Below, piece after piece: positions 43,406-53,505 of a stretch of DNA of 64,000 nucleotides (positions within the stretch are counted from its first letter, which is position 1; the number at the start of each line of letters is the position of its first letter). The stretch is taken from positions 128,001 through 192,000 of the forward strand of contig CAWFGE010000020.1 in assembly GCA_963815195.1 (NCBI GenBank), given 5' to 3'. Made by a program: the position numbers and the translations under genes. This DNA comes from an uncultured Planctomycetaceae bacterium. GTDB taxonomy: Bacteria; Planctomycetota; Planctomycetia; Planctomycetales; Planctomycetaceae. A model generated the notes under the pieces. The model searched no databases. It saw only the letters and a program-made list of their open reading frames with translations, and was not told the origin of the DNA.

Positions 43406-44937
43406 AACCCGAAGATGCGAAGCCTGCCCAACCTGGGCAAACTTCAAAACCCGATCCGAAACGGAGCCCGTCCGAAAAGGCCGGCTCCGTTTCTGCTGCG
43501 CCCCAGGCCGAAAAACCCGCCGAACCGGAACTGCCTTTGGATCTCTCCGCCGGCACGCCCGACGAAATCTGGCAGGACTACTTCAAAAAGCGTAAGCCGA
43601 AGCCTTCCGCCGTTCGAGGCATCGTGCTCAAGCTGCACAACGCCAAACAGCACGACCACGTGATTGCCTGCATCGGGGCGGCCCTCGTCAACAATCAGGC
43701 CCAGCCTTGGATGTACGAAGTCCTGGCCCTCAGCATGGAAATCGCCGGCTATCCCAAGGAAGACGTCGAGCGGGCGATTTATTCCGCGGTCGACCTGTCC
43801 GGTTTGAACTTTCAAAACGTGATGATGTCGGCTGCGTATCTCACCCGCTTCGATCGCCAAGAGGCCGCGCTCCATATGTACCGCCAGGCGTCCCGCGTCG
43901 CGAAAACCCGGCCCGAACCTTACGTCATGGGCCTTAAGCTCGCCCGCAGGCTGAACGACTACGATGCCATCCAATGGGGAATCTCGGGCGTGTTGATGTA
44001 TGCTTGGACCAAGGACCATAACGCCCTGCACAAACAGGCTGAGGACATGGCCCTCGTCGCCGAAGAGGAACTCCGCAAAGCCGGCCGCCGAGACGAAGCC
44101 GACGCCATGCGGACGGCCCTCGTCCAGGCGAAGCAGCGGGACTTAACGTTGCGTCTCACCTGGAACGGCGTGGGGGATTTGGATTTGCTCGTGGAAGAAC
44201 CCCCCGGCTCGGTGTGTTCCTTCGAGAATCCGCAAACCATAGGCGGCGGCGCTTTGGTGCACGACGGCTACGGCCCCGAACAGGAAAACTGCTACGAGCA
44301 ATACGTCTGCGCCTTCGGGATGCCGGGAACTTACCGCGTTCGCATTCGGCACATGTTCGGCGAAGTCGTGGGCAAGCGGGCGAAACTGACCATCGTCCGC
44401 TACCAGGGCACCGAACGCGAAACCAAACGGGAGCTGACCGTGAAATTGGCGGAAGACGACCAGGTGATCCGCCTGTCTCTGGAGCACGGCCGCCGCGAGG
44501 AACTGGCCGATGTGTCGCCCGCGTCCCGAATCCGCTCGACCGCGCCTCGCCGCCGGAGCCTGCTGCAAATGGTCGGGCGATTGGATGCCGAGTCCCGCCG
44601 GGCCGCCCAAGAGTTCGGCACCTCCCGCGAGAACGTCGGATACCAGCCCCTCATCACCACGCTCTCCGAAGGCGTGACGTTGAGCGCGCTCGCGGTGGTC
44701 TCCGGCGACCGCCGCTACGTCCGCCTCACCACCGTGCCGAATTTTTCGAACATCACCGACGTGTTCACCTTTAGCTTCACCGGCGGCGGTGGCGGAGGCG
44801 GCGCTGGCGGCGGTGGAATTGGAGGCGGCGGAGTCCAAGGCGGCGGCGGAATTGGAGGCGGCGGAGTCCAGGGCGGGGGCGTTGGAGGCGGCGCGTTTCA
44901 GGGCGGAGTCCAAGGCGGCGGCCTGGGCGCATTTTAA
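43388..44937 (+). CDS. Continuation in the -1 frame: TPR-like + YfaP/DUF2135-like domain + short secretin-like beta segment + Gly-rich tail ending in Phe
   Basis: LTWNGVGDLDLLVEEP...YEQYVC...PGTYRVRI; GYQPLITTLSEGVTLSALAVVSGDRRYVRLTTVPNFSNI; no convincing start of its own. Confidence 0.75.
44781..44934 (+). repeat. Low-complexity coding repeat GGGG(I/V/VQ)n
   Basis: ggaattggaggcggcggagtcca duplicated within the poly-Gly tail. Confidence 0.8.
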
Positions 44938-45831
44938 GAACCGGCCTGAACGTTCTCGCGCATCCAGTGGAGATACTGTTTCGCGTAACCGTCGAGATTC
45001 TCGATCGCTCCGCCTCCCCGGATGGGCGAGCACATTTCGTAATTGGCGATCCCGTCGAACCCGCCGTCCGACAGCCCCTCAAAGAACGCCCGGTAATCGA
45101 TGAAACCTTCGCCGAACTTCACCGCTTTGACCAGGTCGGGCTCCTGCCGGGCGTAATTGACGAGCGCCGGCTGGTAGCGAAACCGCGGAATCCGCACGTA
45201 ATCGGCATTGGTGGTGATTACCGTGTGCGGGGCCATTTTGCGGGCGGCCTCGTAGAGATCCTCGCCCCGCAGCGCCGGCGACCAGGCATCGAAGCCCGCT
45301 TTGCAGTTTGGCCGGTTTACTTCATCGAGCAGATCCAAAAGCTCGTCGGTGTGCACCGCCAGGTCGTGATGGTTCTGAATCGCAATCGTCACGCCGAAGT
45401 CCGCCGCCCGGTCGCAGATTTCCTGCGCGGCTTGGACGACGTTCTTCCAAGCCGCCGGCCGGCCGGCATCGTCCCGGTCATACGCCGTGAAGATGCGGAC
45501 CACGGAGCAGTCGAGCGCTGCCGCCATCCCCGCCAGGGATTGGGCGTATTGGATCTGCATTTCCAGATACGGCACTTCGGCCGCAGCGATCTGCGCAAAA
45601 TCCGTGTAACCGCCGATGACAAAGCAGGCAAGGCCGTGCTGCTTGAGTTGATTCCGAATCGCCGCCAGATCGTCGGCCGCGACATCCAAGGGCGAAAGAT
45701 GCGGCCGCTTCCCCGCAAGCATCACGCCCGCATATCCCAACTCGGCCGCCTTCGCCAGAAACGCCGAAAGTCCCAACCGCTCCTGCCCCCAATAGCCCGG
45801 CGTAGCTCACGGAAAACAAGCTCAGTCTCAT
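44934..45831 (-). CDS. Sugar phosphate isomerase/epimerase (xylose-isomerase-like TIM barrel); frameshift near 45790
   Basis: MRLSLFSVSYAG then LGYAGVMLAGKRPH, IAIQNHHD, GFDAW, FGEGFIDY, YEMCSP. Confidence 0.85.
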
Positions 45832-45854
45832 CGCGGTGCCTCAGTGGGATTCAT

Positions 45855-45936
45855 ATGAGCGGCACGGCGCTAGCCGCCGGCCGAGTATAGAGCACGCACA
45901 CTAACGCAGACCGGCGGCTAGCGCCGCGCCGCTCAT
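45855..45936. repeat. REP-like doublet, family G
   Basis: atgagcggcacggcgctagccgccgg / ccggcggctagcgccgcgccgctcat; 26-bp arms with 1 mismatch and a 30-bp spacer. Confidence 0.9.
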
Positions 45937-45990
45937 TTTCCAGGCTTATGGGACAGTCTCGTAGTAATAATCCATCCTCCAACCTCATTC

Positions 45991-47989
45991 TCATTTGCTC
46001 TTAATCGTTGAAGCGGGCTGCCAGTCTCGCATCGACCGGATGACGCGAATGCGATCGCCGGCTCCCAGTTTTTCGTAAACCTGTTTGGTCCACGCATAGG
46101 CTTCGGGAATCCCGCCGACAAAGGTGATCGAACGGGGATAGGCGAGGGCCAGGTTGTGGGGCAGATCGCCCGTGCGGAGGACGCCCAGGAACGTCGGCGT
46201 GGCGTTGTCTTCGTGGCTCGCCGGCGGATCGGCGAGCACGATTTCGCGGATGTCCGGATCCAACAGGCCCGCATAAATCGCGAGCGCGGCCGTGTCGCCG
46301 TCGCCGTAAACGGCCATCCCGCCGGTCACGGATTCTTTCCGAATGATCTTCGCGGCCGCGAGCAGATCGCTGACCTGGCGCTCGGCCAAAGTCTCCCCCA
46401 AAAGCGGATACGTCCGCCGGGCCGTCCACAGATAGCCGGGGCCGACGGAGTTGGCTCCCGTGTTTCGCACTTCGACCGCCGCGGTGGCGAGATCTGTGGA
46501 AACCGCCGGCCGCGACGAACCGCCCCCCGCGAAGGTGCTCCGCGCATCGGGCTGGACGGCGAACAGCAGCGTCGGCTCCGGCCATTGGCCTTTGTCGGGC
46601 CGTTTCGTTTTGACGGCAAGCTGCATTCCGTCATAAGTATCCAACACATACGTGGCATTCGTGCTGCCGCGGGAACTGCCGTCCGGCCGGAAGTCCCGAA
46701 GCCGCGGCGGTTCACCGGAAACCGTTTGCCGAAACGTGATCTCCTTGAGTCGTTTGAACGCCGCCTTCTGATGGGACAGCCACGCGGCTTTGCCGGAAAT
46801 CTCCGGCAGCTTCGGCCGCTGGATTAGCAGTTTGTCGATCTGTTTCATCTCATCGTGCTCGGGCAGCTTGCCGCCGAAGACCAGGAGATTTTCCGCGGGT
46901 TCCACGTAATCGGTGACATCATCGGTCACCGGCGTGGGATCGTGTTTCAGATGCGTGTTGAACCAGGTAAAAATCGCCCGGCGGAGCTTCGGCGTATAGC
47001 CGTGGGGCGTCAGGTCTTCGACGAGATCGAAATGTTCCTCCTTCCCGAGCGCGGCATACTGCCGGCGGATGCGGTACGCCACATCGCGGTAGCCTTTGGG
47101 CCGCCACAAAATATCCTCGGCCCCGGAAGCCATCAGGAACGCGCGGGCGCGATCAACGCCCCCAGGTCCGGCCAGCACCAGCGGTAGTAATTGATCCAGA
47201 ACGCGCAATCGCAGTGGCCGTCGGTCGCGCGGTCGGCGACGACTTGCTCGATGCTCCCGGACTGGCACACCGGCACGACGACTTTCAAACGCTCGTCCGC
47301 AGCGCCCAGGCACCAGGAAATCACGCCGCCCCCGCTGAGGCCCGTGACGCCCATGCGGTCGGCATCGACATCCGGCCGCGTTTCCAGATAATCCAACGCC
47401 CGCATCGCGTTCCAGACCTCCGCACCGGCGGGCGTATAGCCTCGGCTCTGCCAGTCCCAGCGCTCCTCGCGATACGTGCCATGATGAAATCCCTGCGACT
47501 CGCCCAACTGGATCGGATCGAGCACCAGCGCGACATAACCATGCTCCGCGAACCAGCGGGGATGCGCCTGATATCCGGCGCGATCTTCCCGAGCGAGTGG
47601 CCGCACAAATACAGCACCGCCGGCAACCGCTCGGAAACTTTCGCGGGGCGATACAGGTTCCCGATGACGTACGCTCCGGGCACGCATTGGAAGTGAACCT
47701 TCTCCACCACATAATTCCCGCGCTCGAGCTTTCCGGTCACCGTGGCTTCGAGCGGCGTGCGCGGCGGCAACGGCGACAGGCCGATCATCTCCCGCCATTG
47801 CTCCCGCCGTTTTGCCTGGGTGGCTTTCCACTCCTCGGGCGAAAGGGGCACCGCCAGCGAGGCCCGCGAGATTTGTTTCGCCTCCTGCCGGGCCGAACCG
47901 TAAAGCGTGATCGGCTCGTCCGCAAACGCCGGCAGCGAAAGTCCGCAGAGCACACCCACGAGCAAACCGCGATAATATGGCAGCATCAT
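45991..47989 (-). CDS. Secreted acetyl xylan esterase-like alpha/beta hydrolase (frameshifts near 47580 and 47145)
   Basis: PAVLYLCGHS, WNAMRALDYLETRPDVD, GVTGLSGGG nucleophile, GHCDC; pieces in ORFs 47321..47989, 47133..48203 and 45991..47712. Confidence 0.85.
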
Positions 47990-48087
47990 GGCCTCCCAAG
48001 CCGCATGAAGTTCGTATCAATGGAGCTACGGAGGAGTATACCACCAACTGTCGCAATTGACGAACGCGGCCGGGCAGAGTGGCGAGG

Positions 48088-49191
48088 TCACGGATGTTTG
48101 ATGACCGTGACCGAACCATCGGTGCCGTGGAGTTCCACCTCGCATTCTGGGAGCGCATCCACCAGTTCCCGGGCGGCTTTGACATCGATCTGGCCCTTGT
48201 CAAACTGCACGGTTCGCAGGCCGCTTATTCCCGAGAGATGTTTAAGGCCCGGCCCTTCAACGCCATTCCCATTGAGCGACAGCCGCTTCAGGTTTTTTAA
48301 CGCCGCCACATCTTTCAGCCCGGCGTCGGTGAACGTCTTGCAGTAGCGCAGATTCAATGATTCCAGCCCCGTCAAATCGCCAAGGGCGGACAGGCCGGCG
48401 TCCGTAATCTTCGCGTTGACCAAGGCCAGCGACGTGAGCTTGTGAAACGCATCGAGAGACGCGAGGCCTTTGTCCGTGATGTTGTCGGCGTCGAACTCCA
48501 ACACGGTCAGATGAGAGGCGAGCGGGGTGATCGATTCCAGATCGTCGTCGGCGAGCGGAGTGCCGTGAAGGTTCAAGGATTCAAGCTTCGACAGTCCGCC
48601 CAAGGTCGTCAGTTCCTTGGGCCGCAGCTTCGGAGCTTCCAACGACAGCCGGCGGAGTTGGGCGAGCCGGCCCAAGTCCTTGAGGCCCGACGCGGTGATC
48701 GAGTTGTGAATGATTTTGAGGGTCTCCAGCTTCGGCAGCTTTGCGAGCACATCGAGGCCCGACCCGTCGAGCGGGAGATGGGACAAGTTGAGTTCCTCAA
48801 TCGCCGGGCACGTGGCAAGGTGCGCGAGCCCTTTGTCGGTGACGGAACAGCGAATCAAATCCAACTGCTTCAGGCGCGCGTGACCCGCGAGCGCCCGCAT
48901 CGCCTCGTCGCCAAATCCCTTGGACTCGATCACGATGACCTTCTCCAAGTCGGGAAAGTCCTTGACCGGCTGAAACGCTTCGGACGGAGCGGACAGCGAG
49001 TAGAACTCCGCCCGGACGATGTTCCCCTTCGCGTCTCGGCCGAGGCGGCCGCCGGCTTTTGTGATCTGCTCCGCGGGATCGCCGGCGGTGGGCGACGATT
49101 CTTCCGTTCCCCCACCGCATCCGACGGCCAAACCGAGGAGGAACCAAACGCAGCCAAGCCGCCCAAAAGTTATGCAAGCTGTCCGGATCAT
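48088..49191 (-). CDS. Leucine-rich repeat lipoprotein (planctomycete type)
   Basis: Lipobox LAVG-C; repeats L..L.L....ITD.GL..L. Confidence 0.88.
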   Translation of the reverse strand: MIRTACITFGRLGCVWFLLGLAVGCGGGTEESSPTAGDPAEQITKAGGRLGRDAKGNIVRAEFYSLSAPSEAFQPVKDFPDLEKVIVIESKGFGDEAMRALAGHARLKQLDLIRCSVTDKGLAHLATCPAIEELNLSHLPLDGSGLDVLAKLPKLETLKIIHNSITASGLKDLGRLAQLRRLSLEAPKLRPKELTTLGGLSKLESLNLHGTPLADDDLESITPLASHLTVLEFDADNITDKGLASLDAFHKLTSLALVNAKITDAGLSALGDLTGLESLNLRYCKTFTDAGLKDVAALKNLKRLSLNGNGVEGPGLKHLSGISGLRTVQFDKGQIDVKAARELVDALPECEVELHGTDGSVTVIKHP

Positions 49192-49326
49192 GGCATGTCT
49201 CAATCTGGGGGCAAGTGTGCTCATCAACCGGCACGCGCACGTCCGCTTCATCGAAAGACAGGGGAAATCACAAAAACCGGAGCGAGCACCCTGCAGCTCC
49301 TAAACCCAACGGCTGACGCGATCATG

Positions 49327-49785
49327 CTATTGCTTGTCGAGCTCATCTTTTTTCGACGTCAGCGCAAAGTCCGCTTTCTCGGTTCCGTCGGCGAAGACTT
49401 CAACCGTCAGCGTCGAAGCCGAATTGTAACGGGCGGGGATCGGATCGGTGAATAGGAAGGCGTCATCCGTTTGAGCCTCCGGCGGCGGGGGCGTGGAAAT
49501 GGAAACGCGATGTTGCCCGACGACGGCCCCCGAATCGCCCGACGCGACGAACTCCAACGTGTATCGCCCGTCGGCATCGGTCTTGCCAAACGAGCCGCCG
49601 CCGGTGTTTTTGGATTCGACAGCGGGCTGGAAGGTGACCGAGACGTTCGCGAGCGGTTTCCCATCCATCGTCACCCGCCCCGACACCGGAGCGGTCGGCA
49701 CATCGTCCCCGCCGCAGCCCGAGAACACGAGAAGCATCGGCAAAGCGAATGCCGTGAAGAGGAACTTCAATGAAAAAGCAGCCAC
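49327..49785 (-). CDS. Carboxypeptidase-regulatory-like domain lipoprotein (DUF1559 partner)
   Basis: FSG-C; VSGRVTMDGKPL, GKTDADGRYTL, GAVVGQHRVSI, IPARYN. Confidence 0.88.
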   Translation of the reverse strand: MAAFSLKFLFTAFALPMLLVFSGCGGDDVPTAPVSGRVTMDGKPLANVSVTFQPAVESKNTGGGSFGKTDADGRYTLEFVASGDSGAVVGQHRVSISTPPPPEAQTDDAFLFTDPIPARYNSASTLTVEVFADGTEKADFALTSKKDELDKQ

Positions 49786-49892
49786 GGCTTAACCCCCGTA
49801 GAATGAATGCGAATGAATGACGAGAATCACTCCGCATGCCGAGTTCCGCGAAGCGAAACCCGGGCGGAGAGTGATGAAAGCGAAGAGGCGAT

Positions 49893-50831
49893 CTAAAACT
49901 GCCCGACGACTTCGTTGCCGCCGACCGTGGCCAGGTTCCCCAGGATATTTGTGTTGATGTTCACACTGATAAACCGCACGGAGCCGTCGCCGAGGGCGAA
50001 CTGGATCCCCCCCACGTGAAAACTACCCCAACCGCGTTTGCAGGCATCGGCGCCGCCCGTCCCGCCTATGCTCACGCAGCGGTCGTAATCGGCGATCAGC
50101 GTCCGCGGCTGATTGTACGTGACGTCGGAGGAATTGTAGGAGGTGTAGCTGTAGGCCCAGAACGTCCCCCGCCGCGGATGCGTTTGCGTGTGATATTCGC
50201 CGATCACCAGCGTGTTGGAAGGACCGTCCGTAATATCTCTCATGCTTTCGGGACCCAATTTGTAAGGATTGCCGATGGCATGCAGAACTCCTTTCCAACT
50301 GCCGACAAGGGAGCCTTGCCCGCTGTCAAACCATCGTCCATTGGAATCGGTTTTTCCGCCCACGCCGCGGTAGGAACTCATGCGGTAAAGCAAGCCGCTC
50401 CCCGGTCCGCTTTCGGGCTTCATCACCTGGCCGGCGTTGACGTCCGAGGGGCAATTCTGCACCGCCAGATTTGTCTGGCGAACGGCCTGGTTCGCGGAGT
50501 CCTCGTTGTAGCGGTTGAAATTGTACTGCTTATACAGCGGGGCCTGATCCATAAACGGCAGGATGGAAATTGCCCAGTTGGTCCCGCTTTTCGTCCCACA
50601 GCAGGATCCCAAAGTGACTTTGCCGGGCGGGAACGACTGATAGTTGTCGTGATAGTTGTGCAGCGCCAGCACTAACTGCTTCAGGTTGTTTTTGCACTGG
50701 CTCCGCCGGGCGGCTTCCCGGGCTTGCTGGACCGCCGGCAGAAGCAAGGCAATCAAGATCGCAATGATCGCGATCACCACGAGCAGCTCGATCAACGTAA
50801 ACCCGCTGCGTTTCCACCTTCGATTGAACAT
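49893..50831 (-). CDS. DUF1559 prepilin-type N-terminal cleavage/methylation domain protein
   Basis: [62 protein letters not shown]. Confidence 0.96.
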   Translation of the reverse strand: MFNRRWKRSGFTLIELLVVIAIIAILIALLLPAVQQAREAARRSQCKNNLKQLVLALHNYHDNYQSFPPGKVTLGSCCGTKSGTNWAISILPFMDQAPLYKQYNFNRYNEDSANQAVRQTNLAVQNCPSDVNAGQVMKPESGPGSGLLYRMSSYRGVGGKTDSNGRWFDSGQGSLVGSWKGVLHAIGNPYKLGPESMRDITDGPSNTLVIGEYHTQTHPRRGTFWAYSYTSYNSSDVTYNQPRTLIADYDRCVSIGGTGGADACKRGWGSFHVGGIQFALGDGSVRFISVNINTNILGNLATVGGNEVVGQF

Positions 50832-51848
50832 CTCGAACGCCCTCCACAAAAAGAATCGAGCAGTCCCAAACAACCGCTCCCGGAAATAATACAAAACGAA
50901 AGCATCAACCCAACAAATACAGTCGCCCGACACGAGTCGCGCCGGTCGAAATGGGATGCGGATATTGATATGGATTGTGGAAACAGGAATCGAAATCAGA
51001 AGTTGGCGAGAGAAGCGCCAGTTTCTGTCAAAACGAACGCAATGAAAAATGAGAGTTGATCTTGATTATTGAGATAAAAATCTCGATCGTCAAGACATGA
51101 CATCTAATGACATCTGAGGCTGAGGGTTCTCCCCTGCTGATGCGACGGGAAAACCTCACGCGGGTTTTGTTCTTCGAGCGAGCAAGCGGGCGACAGCGCT
51201 GAGCCCAGGTTGCTCGCCCGAACGAGTTGGTCGGGCTTTTCGCCCCGCAGCCGCCTCCCAAAATGATTTCGCCGGGGCGGAAACGACCGATCGTTGTCGT
51301 GATCGTTGTACATCATCGCCTCCGGCTGCGCCCGGCAGGTGTTTGCAAGCCGCTCCAGGACCTAACGCTTGCCGCGGTTGCACCACGTCTTCTGCCCGCG
51401 AAAACCGGCTTCGGGACATCATCCGATTCTGATGCGCGAATCCCGCCATTCCCCTTGTTCTGTAGGCTTTGCGCTTCATCAATTCTTCACAGTTAACTCA
51501 TCAAACTCGAGTAGCAATCTCGATTTCACCGGCTACACTGGCATGAATAGAAGGCCCCAAGCGGCCTCGTTCCCGAGAACTCATTCCCTGAGACGAGCCG
51601 TGAATCCGACCGGCTGCCGTCCCCGCTTGAACCATAGCGAACGTGTAGGAACGCTTATCGAACAACGTTTGGTTCTGCCCTCCCGAGTGCAGATCCCCTC
51701 CATCGGGCCATCGAAATTGCGTTGAGCACTGTCTCACGATGCTGACACTTTCCTCTCCATCGGGTCAATTTCCGTGGAGATTCTGCGCTCAACGTGCGCT
51801 CCGCCATACCCTTTTTTCCGTTTTACGCTTTCAAAGGAACAAGGAACC

Positions 51849-52799
51849 ATGTCCGCGAGACCTCGTCCCGCCAAACGCATTGGCTTTACCCTGATTGAGC
51901 TGTTGGTGGTGATTGCCATTATCGCCATCTTGATCGCCCTCTTGTTGCCCGCAGTTCAGCAGGCCCGCGAAGCGGCCCGCCGCGCGAGTTGCAAAAACAA
52001 TCTGAAGAACATCGGTTTGGCTCTGCACAACTACCACCAGACCTTTAACGTGCTCCCGTTCGGGTTCGACGCCCGTGAGGCCTTGTGGACCGCGATGCTG
52101 CTCCCGCAAATCGAGCAAGGCAACGTCTACAGAACCTTGATTTTTCAGGAAGGCGGCGCGGGCAACTGGGATTCTGATGGCTCCCCCAACGAAGCCGCCG
52201 CCGGAACGCTGATGTCGATCTATATCTGCCCGAGCATGGCCATGCAGCCGCAGCGCGACAACAACGGCATTCCCCACCGGGCCGCGGCCAGCTACCGCGC
52301 CTGTGCCGGCTCCAACATCTATTCGGATGATGCGAGCACGATTCCCGCCGGTGCGCCGTCCGGGGCGATGTCCTTGGAGCAAGTTCCTCTCAACGGGATG
52401 TTCTACGGGTGCAGCAGCATCCGCTTCCGCGATGTCACCGACGGATTGACCAACACCATCATGCTCGGCGAAACCTACACCGACACCTATAGCAAGGACG
52501 GCCAGCAAATGGACGTCTGGATTGTCGGCTCTCCGCAAACAGGAGGCTGGAACCCCGGCGGAAAAGGCGGCACCGAATACAGCGAAGGCCTGGGCTCCAC
52601 CGGCCCGAAAATCAACAGCCGGCTCGATCCGACAGCAGACGGCCATATTATGGAAATGGCCTTCGGAAGCTACCACGTCGGCGGCGCCCATTTTACCTTG
52701 GGCGACGGCTCCGTGCGGTTCATCTCCGAAAACATCAACCTCAACACCTACCACGCCCTCGGCTCGCGAAGGGGCGGCGAAGTGATCGGCGAATTCTAA
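51849..52799 (+). CDS. DUF1559 prepilin-type N-terminal cleavage/methylation domain protein
   Basis: [14 protein letters not shown]...[35 protein letters not shown]. Confidence 0.96.
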   Translation: MSARPRPAKRIGFTLIELLVVIAIIAILIALLLPAVQQAREAARRASCKNNLKNIGLALHNYHQTFNVLPFGFDAREALWTAMLLPQIEQGNVYRTLIFQEGGAGNWDSDGSPNEAAAGTLMSIYICPSMAMQPQRDNNGIPHRAAASYRACAGSNIYSDDASTIPAGAPSGAMSLEQVPLNGMFYGCSSIRFRDVTDGLTNTIMLGETYTDTYSKDGQQMDVWIVGSPQTGGWNPGGKGGTEYSEGLGSTGPKINSRLDPTADGHIMEMAFGSYHVGGAHFTLGDGSVRFISENINLNTYHALGSRRGGEVIGEF

Positions 52800-52814
52800 G
52801 ACTCAAACCGTCAA

Positions 52815-52885
52815 GGCGAGCGGGAGGCGTAAGCCTCCCGGTTACGCGGAACAACCCCAAACTCCACAAAGCCGGGCGGCGGCCG
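52815..52885. repeat. Degenerate REP-like doublet related to family E
   Basis: ggcgagcgggaggcgtaagcctcccggt ... gccgggcggcggccgccttccgc. Confidence 0.55.
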
Positions 52886-52938
52886 CCTTCCGCGATTCCT
52901 CAATACAGCTTACTTTAATTCTCATCGGAACGACTCTT

Positions 52939-53418
52939 ATGAAAAACTTGCTTTTCTTTCTTTGCGGCTGCCTGGCGGCCGTGATGTTCGCGGGATGCAA
53001 CACGTCTCCGCAGATGAATTATGATTCCGTCAATTTGGTGCAGGTCTCGGGCACCGTGCTTTTGGATGGAAAACCGCTGCCCCACGCCGTCGTCGTGTTT
53101 GAAAGTTCCAAGGGCCAATTCTCCGCTGGCGTGACCAACGCCAGCGGCCGCTATACCCTGCGGTTCGATTCCCAAGTCAGCGGCGTGACGCCCGGCGAAA
53201 AAACCGTCCGCATCAGCACCGCCCGGAAAATCACCGGCGTCAATACCGAAGACGGCGCGGAAGAAGCCCCGGCCGGCGAAGGCTCCGAGGAATCGGGCGA
53301 GAGCGCCAAACCTTCCCAAGAATTGGTGCCCGAGAAATACAACAAAGAATCGGAACTCAAACGCACCGTCAAACCCGACGAATCCCAAACCTTCGACTTC
53401 GATTTGAAGTCGGCCTAA
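52939..53418 (+). CDS. Carboxypeptidase-regulatory-like domain lipoprotein (DUF1559 partner)
   Basis: FAG-C; VSGTVLLDGKPL, TNASGRYTL, GVTPGEKTVRI, VPEKYNKESEL. Confidence 0.9.
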   Translation: MKNLLFFLCGCLAAVMFAGCNTSPQMNYDSVNLVQVSGTVLLDGKPLPHAVVVFESSKGQFSAGVTNASGRYTLRFDSQVSGVTPGEKTVRISTARKITGVNTEDGAEEAPAGEGSEESGESAKPSQELVPEKYNKESELKRTVKPDESQTFDFDLKSA

Positions 53419-53435
53419 TCCGCTCGTCCAAGGGC

Positions 53436-53486
53436 AAAAAACGGGGGCCCGAAAACGTCGATTTTCGGGCCCCCGATTTATTTTTT
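53436..53486. terminator. Bidirectional intrinsic terminator
   Basis: 14-bp stem cgggggcccgaaaa/ttttcgggcccccg flanked by A and T runs, between convergent genes. Confidence 0.85.
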
Positions 53487-53505
53487 GCAGTGCGAAAAGC
53501 GCGGG

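Noticed and set aside
40487..43447. 986-aa minus-strand ORF (also 32234..34693, 18544..20235 and similar)
   Set aside because: Antisense shadows of real genes, expected in GC-rich DNA; no recognisable motifs.
50832..51848. Cobalamin or c-di-GMP riboswitch upstream of the DUF1559 genes
   Set aside because: I could not find the B12-box or GEMM consensus elements on either strand by eye.
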